The notes: generated by a model not told the origin, from the letters alone. A stretch of 64,000 bases of DNA from Candidatus Aldehydirespiratoraceae bacterium (GCA_965221585.1 OZ244898.1:1017420-1081419); one strand, 5' to 3'; shown: positions 9,224 through 21,618, counted from the first letter of the stretch. Made by a program: numbers and translations.

Positions 9224-9234
9224 ACTGGAACCGC

Positions 9235-10215
9235 ATGCAACTGGTCAATAAGAAGAAGTTACATGTCGTGGCCGGCAGGGCGACACAGTCGCTCGCCACC
9301 GACATCTGCAAGGAATTGGGAGTCCCGCTGGGCACTCCCAATATCTCCGAATTTGCCAACGGCGAGATCCATGTGAAGTACTTCGAGTCGATCCGCGGGG
9401 CCGATGTGTTCATTGTGCAGACCCACACCCCGTGGGAAGGGTGTTCGATCAACGACGCGATCACAGAACAGCTCATCATGGTCGATGCAGCAAAGCGGGC
9501 ATCGGCAAAACGGATAACCGCGGTGATTCCGTTCTACGGGTACAGCCGCCAGGACCGGAAGGCCTCGGGTCGCGAGCCGATCACCGCCCGCCTGCTGTCC
9601 GACCTCTTCAGCGCGGCGGGCGCTGACCGACTCGTTTCAGTCGACCTGCATTCCGGCCAGATCCAGGGATTCTTCGACGGTCCCGTCGATCACCTGACTG
9701 CCATGCCGGTGCTCGTCGACTACCTCTCAGACATCGACGGCGATGTTGTTGTGGTGTCTCCCGACGCGGGCCGGATGAAAGTCGCGGAGCGTTACACGAA
9801 CCTGCTCGGAGCTGATCTCGCCTACGTGCACAAGCGTCGCTCGACCGTCGAGGCCAACACCGTGGAGGCCAAGGAGATCATCGGCGAGGTTGAGGGCCGC
9901 GTCTGCGTGCTGATCGACGACATGATCGACACCGGCGGCACGATCTGCGCCGCCGCCGACCTGCTGGTGGCGAACGGGGCCAACAAGGTCATCGCTGCGG
10001 CAACCCACGGGGTCTTCTCAGAACCGGCGATCGACCGTCTCAAGAACGCCGCGATCGAGACGGTGCTGATCACCGACACGCTGCCGCTGCCGTCAGAAAA
10101 ACAGATCGACAAGATAGAGGTCCTCTCGGTCGCGCCGGTCATCGCCCGAGCCATTGCCGCGGTGTTCGCCGACACGTCGGTCAGCGAGATCTTCGCCGGA
10201 AACCACCTGGCCTGA
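9235..10215 (+). CDS. prs: ribose-phosphate diphosphokinase
   Basis: FANGEIHVKY, GYSRQDRK, PRPP-binding DDMIDTGGT. Confidence 0.95.
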   Translation: MQLVNKKKLHVVAGRATQSLATDICKELGVPLGTPNISEFANGEIHVKYFESIRGADVFIVQTHTPWEGCSINDAITEQLIMVDAAKRASAKRITAVIPFYGYSRQDRKASGREPITARLLSDLFSAAGADRLVSVDLHSGQIQGFFDGPVDHLTAMPVLVDYLSDIDGDVVVVSPDAGRMKVAERYTNLLGADLAYVHKRRSTVEANTVEAKEIIGEVEGRVCVLIDDMIDTGGTICAAADLLVANGANKVIAAATHGVFSEPAIDRLKNAAIETVLITDTLPLPSEKQIDKIEVLSVAPVIARAIAAVFADTSVSEIFAGNHLA

Positions 10216-10389
10216 TCGCCACGGGGACGACGGTCACGCACCCTCGGCCGTGCCGACCGGGCATTTGTGACGATTATGGCCACAGAGGCTTGGGGATCAA
10301 CGTGCATCCCGATAGCCTGACTCGCCGGTTCATACAGAAACCGCCGTCACTGATTCCTATCGATCTGCCAGTTCAGGAACCAAATTCTC

Positions 10390-11061
10390 ATGTCTGACCA
10401 GTTGCTGTTGAACGCCACGCTCGGCCGTACCGAAGGCACCCGCGCGTCGCGTCGCCTCCGCCGCGAAGGTCGTATTCCGGCTGTCGTCTACGGGCTCGAC
10501 AACGACCCCGTCTCGGTCAGCGTCGCCTGGCCCGACCTGCGTCTGGCGCTCAACACGGATGCGGGGATCAACGCGCTGATCACGCTCGACATCGAAGGCG
10601 AGCAACAACTCTCGATCGTCAAGGACCTTCAACGTCACCCGGTGCGGCGTGACGTGATCCACGTCGACTTCCTGCGGGTCACCACCGACCAGGAGATCGA
10701 AGTTGATGTGCCGCTGGTGCTCATCGGCGAGGCGCTTGAAGTCACCCGGGCAAACGGCATGGTGGACCAGACCCTCTACACGCTGACAGTCTCGGCCAAA
10801 CCAGCCGACGTGCCCGACGAGATCGAAGTCGACATCAGCGAACTCACACTCGGTGACTCCATCAAGGTCGGTGAAGTGACGCTGCCGCCGGGTGTCGTCA
10901 CCTCGACCGATCCCGACGACTCGGTTGCAACCTCGCTCGTCACCCGCTCGACACGCGAGGCAATGGCGGCAGCGGAAGCCGCGGAGGCGGCAAGCGCCGA
11001 GGCCGAACTCGAAGAGGGAGACGAGGAGTCTCCTGTCGACGACGGCGACGCCGAGGACTGA
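10390..11061 (+). CDS. rplY: 50S ribosomal protein L25/Ctc form
   Basis: RREGRIPAVVYG, two-domain Ctc-type length, acidic C-terminal tail. Confidence 0.9.
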   Translation: MSDQLLLNATLGRTEGTRASRRLRREGRIPAVVYGLDNDPVSVSVAWPDLRLALNTDAGINALITLDIEGEQQLSIVKDLQRHPVRRDVIHVDFLRVTTDQEIEVDVPLVLIGEALEVTRANGMVDQTLYTLTVSAKPADVPDEIEVDISELTLGDSIKVGEVTLPPGVVTSTDPDDSVATSLVTRSTREAMAAAEAAEAASAEAELEEGDEESPVDDGDAED

Positions 11062-11079
11062 TAGCGCGGCGGTCGGGCG

Positions 11080-11706
11080 ATGGTTCGCCTCGGTTCCTCC
11101 AAGGGGCTGAAGCAGCGCAGGGGCACTCCGGCAGACCTACTCGTCGTGGGACTCGGCAACCCGACGATCGAGTACGCGCAGACGCGGCACAACGCCGGCG
11201 TTTGGGTTGTCAACGAACTCGTGGCGCGCCACGGCGGTCGCCTCGGCGCAGGCCGGCGCGACCGCGCCGAATCGACCGAGTTGCGTATCGGTGAGGCGCG
11301 AGTCGCGGTAGCGGTCCCGAAGACCTTCATGAACAACTCGGGTTCTGCCGTGGGCCCACTAGTGAGGCGGTACGGCATTGACGACATCAGCAACCTGATA
11401 GTGGTTCACGACGAGATCGACCTTCCGGTGGGTCGGATGAAGGTCAAGAGAGGCGGTGGTCTGGCGGGTCACAACGGTCTGAAGTCGATCCGCTCGCATC
11501 TTCACACCGATCAGTTCACCCGCATCCGCATCGGCGTCGGCAAACCGGCACCGGGCACCATGAAACCCCGCGATTATGTGTTGAAACGCCCCGCGCGCGC
11601 AGAACGCCCGGAACTGGACAAGGTCATCGGTCGAGCCGCGGACGCCGTCGAGTTCCTCGCCGACAACGACCTCGAAGCGGCGATGAACCTGTTCAACCGG
11701 AGCTGA
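11080..11706 (+). CDS. pth: aminoacyl/peptidyl-tRNA hydrolase
   Basis: LVVGLGNPTIEYAQTRHNAG, HDEIDLPVGRMKVK, GHNGLKSI. The true start could be slightly downstream. Confidence 0.9.
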   Translation: MVRLGSSKGLKQRRGTPADLLVVGLGNPTIEYAQTRHNAGVWVVNELVARHGGRLGAGRRDRAESTELRIGEARVAVAVPKTFMNNSGSAVGPLVRRYGIDDISNLIVVHDEIDLPVGRMKVKRGGGLAGHNGLKSIRSHLHTDQFTRIRIGVGKPAPGTMKPRDYVLKRPARAERPELDKVIGRAADAVEFLADNDLEAAMNLFNRS

Positions 11707-11717
11707 AGACCCCGCCC

Positions 11718-14700
11718 ATGCAGGACACGGTTACAGACCTTCGCTCACTGAGGTCGCTGCTGGCTTCCGAACCCCGCGTCGACGCCGTGATCACCGGATC
11801 CGACGGGGTGCTCGTGGTCAATCAGGCAGCGAGGGCTCTCACGATTGCCGGTCTAACCGAAGCATCTTCGCGGCGACCGATCCTGGTCGCCACAGCCACT
11901 CACAACGAAGCCGTCAGCTTGACCAATGACATCGCGGCAGTACTCGGCGAGGACGAAGTGTCGCTGTTCTCTGCCTGGGGAACGTTGCCCTTCGAGCGGG
12001 TGAGTCCAGCCATCGAGACGATGGGTCAACGAGTTCGGCTTCTTTCCAGACTCGGTAATCCAGCAACCGCGCCTGCGGTGATTGTCGCTTCAGCGCGTGC
12101 GCTGGTACAGCGGCTCGACCCGCATGCCGCGACCGATCCGATCATCTGCGGCGTCTCCGACACGGTCGATCCGCTGGAACTGGCGCAGAAGCTGGTCGAT
12201 TTCGGATATCGCCGCGAGCCCCAGGTCGAACATCGCGGCGAGTTCGCGGTAAGAGGCTCGATTGTCGATGTCTTCGGCAGCACCGCGGACCGGCCGGTGA
12301 GGATCGACCTCTGGGGCGATGAAGTCGAGCGCCTGGCCGAGTTCTCCGTTGCTGATCAACGCGCGACATCGGCTGTCGCCGAAGTCGAGATTTACCCGTG
12401 CCGAGAGTTCCGACCGGATGAGGAGGCGAAACAACGGGCTCAAAGACTGCTTGTGGATGAACCCTGGGGGCGTGAGCAGTGGGACCGGGTCGTCAATGGA
12501 GAGCTGTTCGACGGGATGGAGTCATGGTTGCCCTGGCTGGTCGACGACGAGGTCGTGCTGCCGGACCTCCTCGGAGCCGATTCATGGGTGATTCTGGTCG
12601 AACCGCGGCGTATCCGCGACCGGGCCGCCAACATTGAGGCAGAAGAAGCGGACCTGGCAGTGTCCTTGGCCAAGACCTGGGATGTCGACGCCGACGACCT
12701 GCACAGGATGCATCTCCAGTTCGACCGACTGTTGGCTCGCACCAACGTCAGGGTGCTGACGATCCTGCCGGTGGCGGACCGCCCCGGCATCCCGACCGTT
12801 TCAGCATCGGCCTGGGCGCCCGTTGTCGGCGATATAGAACCTGCGGTCTTGCGGGTCCACCATCTGCTCAGCGAAGGGTTCTGTGTTGTGGTAGCGGCAG
12901 ACGGCCATGCCAGTGCCGAACGCTTGGCCGTGTTGTTGTCGGACCATGGCATCGAGGTCGCCCCCGCGGATGTCCACACCGACCTTTCATCGTCAGGCGT
13001 GCACCTGGTGGTCGTGCCGCTCGATCGGGGCGCCGTCCTCCACGAGATCAAGCTGGCAGTCCTGTCCGAGTCCGACCTGACGGGTCGTCGCCGGACCCAC
13101 CGCCGGGCACGAACGCGCAGGCGCGATGCCCAGAAGTTCTTCGACGACCTTCGCGAGGGCTCCTACGTCGTGCATGCCCATCACGGGGTCGCCCGCTTCG
13201 GAGGGATGGTGACACGCTCGATCAACGGCAGTGAACGCGACTATCTGCAGCTCGAGTACCGCGGCACGGACCGGCTGTACGTGCCGTCGGACCAGATTGA
13301 CCTCATCCGCATCTACAGCGGCGGGGAGACCCCGAAGCTCTCGAGGATGGGAGGCGCGGACTGGCGCGCCAGCAAAGCCAAGGTCCGTTCCGCGGTCTCC
13401 GAGATAGCCCAGGAACTGGTCGTGCTCTACCAGACTCGGATGACCACGCCAGGACATGCCTTCGGTCCGGACACGCCTTGGCAGAGCGAACTGGAAGGCA
13501 CCTTCAGGTACCAGGAGACACCGGACCAGCTTCAGGCCATCATCGATGTCAAGGCGGACATGGAGCGCCCGACACCGATGGATCGACTGGTGATCGGCGA
13601 TGTCGGTTTCGGCAAGACCGAAGTTGCGCTGCGTGCTGCTTTCAAAGCGGTGCTCGACGGTTACCAGGCAGCGGTTCTGGTGCCCACCACGCTGCTGGCT
13701 CAGCAGCACCACGCCACCTTCCGGGAGAGACTCGCCCCGTATCCCATGCGCGTCGAGGTGCTCAGCCGCTTCCTAAGCAATGCCCAAGCCTCCAAGGTCG
13801 TCGGCGGGATCCGGAACGGAGACGTGGATCTGGTGATCGGCACACACCGCCTCCTCTCCGCTGACGTCGAGTTCAAGAACCTGGGCCTGTTGGTGATCGA
13901 CGAGGAACAACGCTTCGGTGTGCAGCACAAGGAGAGGATCAAGTCGCTGCGTGCCGATGTCGACGTGCTGACGCTCACGGCGACGCCCATCCCGCGGACG
14001 ATGGAGATGGGGCTCGCCGGTATCCGCGACATGTCCGTGCTCAACACCGCGCCGGCAGACCGGCAACCGATCCTCACCTATGTAGGCGAATACTCCGAGC
14101 GAGCCGTGGCTGAGGCGATACGGCGAGAGCTGTTGCGCGAGGGGCAGTTGTTCTTCGTGCACAACAGAGTGCGCGACATCGATCATGTGGCGCAGTCACT
14201 GCGCCGACTCGTCCCCGAGGCGCGGGTTGCGGTGGCGCACGGGCAGATGGACGAGGGAACGCTCGAACGGGTCGTCATCGACTTCTGGGAAGGCGAATAC
14301 GACATCCTGGTCTGCACCACGATCATCGAGTCGGGGATCGACATGCCGACGGTCAACACGCTGGTGGTCGATCAGGCCGAACGACTCGGACTGGGACAAC
14401 TCCATCAACTCCGTGGCCGGGTCGGCCGAGCGGGCCAAAGAGCCTACGCGTACCTGTTGCATCCGTCCGACGTGGTCCTGAGCGAAGAGGCGCACGAGAG
14501 GCTCCGCACGATCGGGGAGGCAACCGAGCTGGGCTCCGGATTCCGGATAGCCATGCGAGACCTTGAACTGCGCGGTGCGGGAAACCTGCTGGGGACCGGT
14601 CAGTCCGGACATATCGCCGCTGTCGGCTACGACCTCTACTGCCAGATGGTCACCGAAGCCGTGGCTGAACTGCGCGGCGAGGAAATAGCCGAGCCGCCGA

Positions 14701-15191
14701 AGATCACCATCGACGTTCCCGGCGATGCGCATCTGCCCGATGACTACGTGACCAACCAGACGAGCCGACTCGAGGCGTACCGGCGACTGGCGTCGGTGGA
14801 GAGCCAGGAGATGCTCGACGACGTGCGCGCCGAGTGGCTCGATCGTTTCGGGCCGATTCCAGCACCCGCTGAGGCCCTGCTGCGAGTAGGCCAGTTGCGT
14901 GTCGAGTGTGTCCGCAGCGGCGTGCGGGAGATCATCGTCACCAAGGGCCCGGGGTTCGGCGGTCCCGACTACGTGGCCCGCCTGTCACCCGTTGAGTTGC
15001 CGGACAGCAAGCAGGTGCGTCTGCACAGGCTCTACTCGTCGAAGGGCACCGGCAACGCAGCCGTCTACAAGGCCTCCTCAGCCGAGATCCGGCTTCCGCT
15101 GCAGGTCAAGCGGGGTCCGGTGGTCGAGCAGATCGCCGCGATCATGGCAGACTTGCTCGTCGACGCAAGACCAGCGGTCTCAACCGGGTAG
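11718..15191 (+). CDS. mfd: transcription-repair coupling factor
   Basis: 1157 aa. Helicase motifs GDVGFGKTEVALRAAF and LVIDEEQRFGV, CarD-like region, TRG and C-terminal D7-type domain. Confidence 0.95.
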   Translation: MQDTVTDLRSLRSLLASEPRVDAVITGSDGVLVVNQAARALTIAGLTEASSRRPILVATATHNEAVSLTNDIAAVLGEDEVSLFSAWGTLPFERVSPAIETMGQRVRLLSRLGNPATAPAVIVASARALVQRLDPHAATDPIICGVSDTVDPLELAQKLVDFGYRREPQVEHRGEFAVRGSIVDVFGSTADRPVRIDLWGDEVERLAEFSVADQRATSAVAEVEIYPCREFRPDEEAKQRAQRLLVDEPWGREQWDRVVNGELFDGMESWLPWLVDDEVVLPDLLGADSWVILVEPRRIRDRAANIEAEEADLAVSLAKTWDVDADDLHRMHLQFDRLLARTNVRVLTILPVADRPGIPTVSASAWAPVVGDIEPAVLRVHHLLSEGFCVVVAADGHASAERLAVLLSDHGIEVAPADVHTDLSSSGVHLVVVPLDRGAVLHEIKLAVLSESDLTGRRRTHRRARTRRRDAQKFFDDLREGSYVVHAHHGVARFGGMVTRSINGSERDYLQLEYRGTDRLYVPSDQIDLIRIYSGGETPKLSRMGGADWRASKAKVRSAVSEIAQELVVLYQTRMTTPGHAFGPDTPWQSELEGTFRYQETPDQLQAIIDVKADMERPTPMDRLVIGDVGFGKTEVALRAAFKAVLDGYQAAVLVPTTLLAQQHHATFRERLAPYPMRVEVLSRFLSNAQASKVVGGIRNGDVDLVIGTHRLLSADVEFKNLGLLVIDEEQRFGVQHKERIKSLRADVDVLTLTATPIPRTMEMGLAGIRDMSVLNTAPADRQPILTYVGEYSERAVAEAIRRELLREGQLFFVHNRVRDIDHVAQSLRRLVPEARVAVAHGQMDEGTLERVVIDFWEGEYDILVCTTIIESGIDMPTVNTLVVDQAERLGLGQLHQLRGRVGRAGQRAYAYLLHPSDVVLSEEAHERLRTIGEATELGSGFRIAMRDLELRGAGNLLGTGQSGHIAAVGYDLYCQMVTEAVAELRGEEIAEPPKITIDVPGDAHLPDDYVTNQTSRLEAYRRLASVESQEMLDDVRAEWLDRFGPIPAPAEALLRVGQLRVECVRSGVREIIVTKGPGFGGPDYVARLSPVELPDSKQVRLHRLYSSKGTGNAAVYKASSAEIRLPLQVKRGPVVEQIAAIMADLLVDARPAVSTG

Positions 15192-15203
15192 CCTGCACGA
15201 CTT

Positions 15204-16169
15204 GTGGACATGAACCGCCGCCGCCCGCGCCCACCTCTGATTCTGGTCCTTCTGGTCCTTGTGACAGCACTGGGGTTGACCGCCGCCGCCTGTGGCTCAG
15301 CCGACGACTCAACTGTCGCCTCGGTCGGCTCCGCGGCGCTGAGCCAGGAAGAATTCGAAGTAATCCTTGAAGGCAGTGGTACCGAAGACGCCTCCGTCGT
15401 GTCCCAAGAGGTAGCTGCAGGCCATATCACCGAGTGGATCTTCTTTGAGAGTTGGATCGACCTCGCCGCTGAGGGTGGCACCGAGATCACCGGTCTGCAC
15501 CTTGAGCTGGCCCGCCAAGAGCACGAAGCAGTCAGGGCACAGGATCCGACCGTGCCCGCAGTCGACACCCCCTACGGCCGGATATTGCAGCGCTACCGGA
15601 CGGTGCCCCACCTGATCGCGGACCACGTGATCGCCATCGGCGACGTGGTTGCGCTGTGTTCGAGCCACCTGCTGGTCGAGACCGAGGCCGAAGCCACCGA
15701 AGCGATTGCCCGGCTCGACGCAGGGGAGGACTTCGCAGCTCTGGCTGCAGAGGTCTCGGTGGGTCCCAGCGGCCCGAGTGGGGGAGACCTCGGATGCGTC
15801 GCGCCCGCCACTTTCGTCTCGGACTTCGTTGAGGGCGCCGCCGCGGTCGGAGGCCCCGGCATTTCGGATCCGGTTCAGAGCCAGTTCGGCTGGCATGTCA
15901 TCGAGGTACGGAGTTTCGGTCCGGTGGTGCGCGGCGAGCACCCGGAGTTGACTCCGGACCAGATCACGTCCTTCGTCCTCGACGGTTACGGAGCGGAGCT
16001 TCAGGGGTTGCAGGCCAGGTTGTTCGACCGGGACATCAGCGTCGATCCCCGCTTCGGAGTCTTCGACCGCACCCGTGGACAGGTAACGACCGGTGTCGCA
16101 GAGACCGAGACCTCTGCAATCGACGCCGCAACCGTCGACTCTGCGCAGGTTGACAACCCGCAGAGCTGA
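15204..16169 (+). CDS. parvulin-type peptidyl-prolyl isomerase lipoprotein (SurA/PrsA-like)
   Basis: Signal plus lipobox LGLTAAAC. Parvulin core SSHLLVETEAEA...GDLGCV...FGWHVIEV. Confidence 0.8.
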   Translation: MDMNRRRPRPPLILVLLVLVTALGLTAAACGSADDSTVASVGSAALSQEEFEVILEGSGTEDASVVSQEVAAGHITEWIFFESWIDLAAEGGTEITGLHLELARQEHEAVRAQDPTVPAVDTPYGRILQRYRTVPHLIADHVIAIGDVVALCSSHLLVETEAEATEAIARLDAGEDFAALAAEVSVGPSGPSGGDLGCVAPATFVSDFVEGAAAVGGPGISDPVQSQFGWHVIEVRSFGPVVRGEHPELTPDQITSFVLDGYGAELQGLQARLFDRDISVDPRFGVFDRTRGQVTTGVAETETSAIDAATVDSAQVDNPQS

Positions 16170-16177
16170 GTCCGGCC

Positions 16178-17545
16178 ATGGGAACGATCACAGTCGTCGG
16201 TCTCGGCCCGGCAGACGAGACGCTCCTGACAGCCCAGACCAGTGCCACCATCGGCACCGCGTCCCGCTGCTTTCTGCGCACCCGCAGACACCCGGCGGCG
16301 CGAGTGCTCCCCGACGCCGTCTGTTTCGACGACGAGTACGAGAAGGGGGACAGCTACGAGGCTGTCTATGAAGCGATCGTCGAGCGCCTGATCCTCGAGG
16401 CCGGCAAAGGTGACCTTCTCTACGCGGTGCCGGGATCCCCGCTGGTGCTCGAACGGACCGTGGAACTGCTGCGCGAAGCGGCCGCCGCGGGCCGCCTGCG
16501 TGTGGAGATCCTGCCGGCCATGTCGTTCCTCGATGTTGCCTGGTCCCGGCTGGGAGTTGATCCGGTATCGGTTGGAGCACGGTTGATCGACGGCCAGAAC
16601 TTCGCACTGGCCGCAGCGGGACAGCCCGGACCGCTGCTGGTCGCCCACTGTCACGGCCGCGGCGTGCTGTCGGAGATCAAGCTCTCCGTTGAGGAGGGGC
16701 CGGACTCGGTTGTGGTGCTGCAGCGCCTGGGCCTTCCGGACGAAGCCGTCTACGAAGTCGCTTGGGATGATCTCGACAGGCGAGTTGAAGCCGATCACCT
16801 GACCTCGCTGTGGATTCCTGAGTTCGACAGACCGATAGCGGCTGAGTTCCTCCGGTTCGAAGAACTCGTACGTGAACTGCGTGAACGTTGTCCGTGGGAT
16901 CGGGTGCAGACGCATGGATCGTTGCGCAAACACCTTCTCGAAGAGACCTACGAGGCCCTCGAGGCACTTGATGCCCGAGCAGCGCTCGATGACGGCGAAG
17001 TTGACGCGGAACTCGATGCACACCTGGTCGAGGAACTGGGAGACCTCCTCTACCAGATCTTCTTCCACGCCCGGCTCGGAGCGGAACGAGGGTCCTTCAC
17101 CGTCGCCGATGTCGCCCGAAGCGTCCACGACAAGTTGGTGGCACGTCATCCCCATGTGTTCGGCGAGGGGGCGCTCGACGGGGTCCGCGGCCCCGCCGAT
17201 GCCGATGACATGGCACAGCGATGGGAACAGATCAAGCGCGACGAGAAGGGCCGTGCCTCAGCGATGGACGGCGTACCGATGGCGCTCCCCGCGTTGATGT
17301 TGGCGGCCAAGGTTCAGGAACGCTCCGAAGGCGTCGGCCTGGCCGTGGAAGATGCGGTGGAGACCGCAATCGAGGGAATCCGCGAAGCGGTAGCAAACGC
17401 CGAAACCAGCGATCGCTCCGAAGGCGTGGGAGATCTGCTGTTCGACGCGGTCGCCCTCGCCCGCGGCCTCGACATCGACCCCGAAACGGCTTTGCGCAAC
17501 GCCTCGGTCCGCTTCATGGAGACGGTCAGAGCCGCCGGCAGATAG
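16178..17545 (+). CDS. mazG: YabN-type fusion: tetrapyrrole-methylase-like domain plus MazG nucleoside triphosphate pyrophosphohydrolase
   Basis: N-terminal ITVVGLGPADETLLT...AVPGSPLV (methylase fold). C-terminal tandem MazG repeats (EETYEALEALD, ELGDLLYQIFFHA, VGDLLFDAVALA). Confidence 0.85.
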   Translation: MGTITVVGLGPADETLLTAQTSATIGTASRCFLRTRRHPAARVLPDAVCFDDEYEKGDSYEAVYEAIVERLILEAGKGDLLYAVPGSPLVLERTVELLREAAAAGRLRVEILPAMSFLDVAWSRLGVDPVSVGARLIDGQNFALAAAGQPGPLLVAHCHGRGVLSEIKLSVEEGPDSVVVLQRLGLPDEAVYEVAWDDLDRRVEADHLTSLWIPEFDRPIAAEFLRFEELVRELRERCPWDRVQTHGSLRKHLLEETYEALEALDARAALDDGEVDAELDAHLVEELGDLLYQIFFHARLGAERGSFTVADVARSVHDKLVARHPHVFGEGALDGVRGPADADDMAQRWEQIKRDEKGRASAMDGVPMALPALMLAAKVQERSEGVGLAVEDAVETAIEGIREAVANAETSDRSEGVGDLLFDAVALARGLDIDPETALRNASVRFMETVRAAGR

Positions 17546-19222
<1,677 letters not shown>

Positions 19223-19230
<8 letters not shown>

Positions 19231-19255
19231 GACCCAGCTTCCAACTGAGACCCAG
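19223..19255. repeat. 15-bp direct repeat CCAACTGAGACCCAG x2 (18-bp period)
   Basis: Exact copies at 19223-19237 (spans the ftsB stop codon) and 19241-19255. Confidence 0.9.
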
Positions 19256-19271
19256 TGCCAGTTAGTCTCAT

Positions 19272-19319
19272 CTGGTTCGGGTACGCACTGGTTCGGGTAG
19301 ACACTGGTTCGGGAATAAC
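19272..19319. repeat. 16-bp tandem repeat x3 (CTGGTTCGGGTACGCA / CTGGTTCGGGTAGACA / CTGGTTCGGGAATAAC)
   Basis: Units start at 19272, 19288 and 19304. The array ends 13 nt before ATG 19333, and that spacer contains GGGAG. Confidence 0.9.
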
Positions 19320-19332
19320 GGGAGCGCGCGAG

Positions 19333-21618
19333 ATGACGATCATCGGGACGAGGGTTCTGCGAAAGGAAGATCCGCAGTTTCTGACCGCCGGCGCGACCTA
19401 CACAGCCGATCTCGACGACCCGCGGCTCGCCGGATCGCTGCACGCGATATTTGTCCGGTCGTTCGTCGCCAACGGCAGGATCGTCGAGGTCGACGCTGAC
19501 GATGCCCGCGCGGTGCCCGGTGTCGCCCTGGTGCTCACCGGCGCGGACATCGATCTGATGCTGCCGGGCAGCGTGCCGATGTTTCCTCCGGATCTGCTCA
19601 ATCGACCTCTGCTGGCCCGGGATCGAGTCCGTTTCGTGGGCGAACCCGTCGCTGTGGTGCTCGCCGAGACTCGCTCAGCCGCTCAGGATGCAGCCGATCT
19701 GGTATTCGTCGATATCGACGCGCTCGACTCGGTGACGGATCTCGAAGCCGCGGCCAACGACGAAGTTGTGGTGCATGAGGGCCACGGCACCAACACGGCC
19801 CTCACCTTCTCCGATCTGGGGCTGGCCACCGGCATCGGTGACGACTCGTTCTTCTCAGACTGCGAAGTCGTCGTCAGTCAACGCGTGGTTCATCCGCGGA
19901 TGTCTGCCGCGCCCCTCGAAGTGCGTTCAGTCGCGGCGTCGTGGACCGATGAACGCCTGCTCGTATTCCTTTCCAGCCAGGCGTCGCACCGCGTCAAGGA
20001 GTCGCTCGTGCAGATGTACGGGCTGGCGCAGGGCGATGTTCATGTGGTCGCTCCCGATGTCGGAGGCGGATTCGGCGCCAAGGTGGCACCCACTCCCGAA
20101 GACATGCTGATCCCGCACCTCTCGCGCCTCAGCGGACGGCCGGTTCGATGGTTCGAGACACGCACGGAGAACCTGGTTGCTGCGGGACCGGGAAGGGCGC
20201 AGGTTCACCACGCAACTCTCGGCGGTACCGAACAGGGTGAGATCACCCACTACCGGCTCGAAGTGCTGATGGACTCCGGCGCCTACACCCGTGTCGGTGC
20301 GTTCCTGCCTTTCTTCACGCTGCCGATGGCACCCGGTACATACGACATCGCCAACATCGAGACCCAGGCGCGGTCGATCATCACCAACGCGGTCCCGACC
20401 GAAGCATTCAGGGGTGCTGGTCGGCCTGAGGCGACTCTCACGATCGAGCGCATGTTCGACCTCTTCGCGGCTACCACCGGAATCGATCCGATCGAGCTGC
20501 GGCGCAGGAATCTGATTTCGGCGGACGCCTTCCCTGTCACCACCGCAGTGGGCAGCGTGTACGACACGGGCGACTACGAAGCCGCCCTCGACAAGGCGCT
20601 GGAAGCGTCGGGGTATGCCGAGCTGCGAGCCGCCCAGGCTGCGCGCCGGGCCTCGAAGGACCCGGTGCAGATCGGGATCGGCGTCGCCAACTACGTTGAG
20701 ATAACCGCCGGTCCGGCACCGGGCGGCAACGAGTACGGCAAGGTCGAGATCACCCCGGACGGCAAGGCCCGGGTCTACTCGGGTTCCCTGTCACACGGAC
20801 AGGGCCATGCCACGACGTTCGCGATGATCGCCGCCGAGCAGCTTGGAATCGACGTTGAAGACATCGAAGTGATTCAGGGTGACACCGACCAGGTTCCGCG
20901 GGGGGAGGGCACGGTCGCCAGCCGATCCACCCAGCTCGGAGGATCTGCCGTGTTCGACGCTGCCGCGACCGTCGCCGACGCCGCCAGAGAGATCGCCGCT
21001 GAGTTGTTGGAGGCCGCGGTCGAGGACGTGGTTCTTGACACCGACTCCGGCGTGTTCCATGTGTCGGGCACCCCGGCAGTCACCAAGACATGGGCCGAAG
21101 TCGCGGCCGCGGCTACCGAAGAACAGCTCGTTGCTGACAGCGACTTCAACGGCAACTGCACCTACCCCTTCGGTACGCACGTCGCGGTGGTGGAGGTCGA
21201 TACCGAGACCGGAGGCGTGGAGTTGAAGCGCATGGTGACCGTCGACGACGCGGGAACTCTTATCAATCCCCTGATCGTCGAGGGGCAGCGGCATGGGGGA
21301 ATTGCCCAGGGAGTGGCTCAGGCGCTTCTCGAAGAGGTGTGTTATGACGAAGACGGCAACCCGATTACCAGCAACTTTGCCGACTACTCAATAATTTCTG
21401 CGGCTGAACTGCCGTCGCTGGAGCTCGTGGCGATGGAGACGCCCACTCCCAACAACCCGCTCGGCGCCAAAGGTATCGGCGAGTCCGGAGCGATCGGATC
21501 GACCCCGGCCGTCCAGAGTGCGGTGATCGACGCGCTCAGCCATCTCGGTGTAAGGCACATAGACGTTCCCCTGTCGCCGCAGAAGGTCTGGTCGGCCATC
21601 GCTGAGGCTGCTTCGTGA
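19333..21618 (+). CDS. xanthine dehydrogenase/CO dehydrogenase family molybdopterin-binding large subunit (CoxL form-II-like)
   Basis: ATG 19333 gives MTIIGTRVLRKEDPQFLTG-type N-terminus. Active-site loop AFRGAGRPEAT resembles the form-II AYRGAGR motif. C-terminal GAKGIGESGAIGS. Confidence 0.85.
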   Translation: MTIIGTRVLRKEDPQFLTAGATYTADLDDPRLAGSLHAIFVRSFVANGRIVEVDADDARAVPGVALVLTGADIDLMLPGSVPMFPPDLLNRPLLARDRVRFVGEPVAVVLAETRSAAQDAADLVFVDIDALDSVTDLEAAANDEVVVHEGHGTNTALTFSDLGLATGIGDDSFFSDCEVVVSQRVVHPRMSAAPLEVRSVAASWTDERLLVFLSSQASHRVKESLVQMYGLAQGDVHVVAPDVGGGFGAKVAPTPEDMLIPHLSRLSGRPVRWFETRTENLVAAGPGRAQVHHATLGGTEQGEITHYRLEVLMDSGAYTRVGAFLPFFTLPMAPGTYDIANIETQARSIITNAVPTEAFRGAGRPEATLTIERMFDLFAATTGIDPIELRRRNLISADAFPVTTAVGSVYDTGDYEAALDKALEASGYAELRAAQAARRASKDPVQIGIGVANYVEITAGPAPGGNEYGKVEITPDGKARVYSGSLSHGQGHATTFAMIAAEQLGIDVEDIEVIQGDTDQVPRGEGTVASRSTQLGGSAVFDAAATVADAAREIAAELLEAAVEDVVLDTDSGVFHVSGTPAVTKTWAEVAAAATEEQLVADSDFNGNCTYPFGTHVAVVEVDTETGGVELKRMVTVDDAGTLINPLIVEGQRHGGIAQGVAQALLEEVCYDEDGNPITSNFADYSIISAAELPSLELVAMETPTPNNPLGAKGIGESGAIGSTPAVQSAVIDALSHLGVRHIDVPLSPQKVWSAIAEAAS

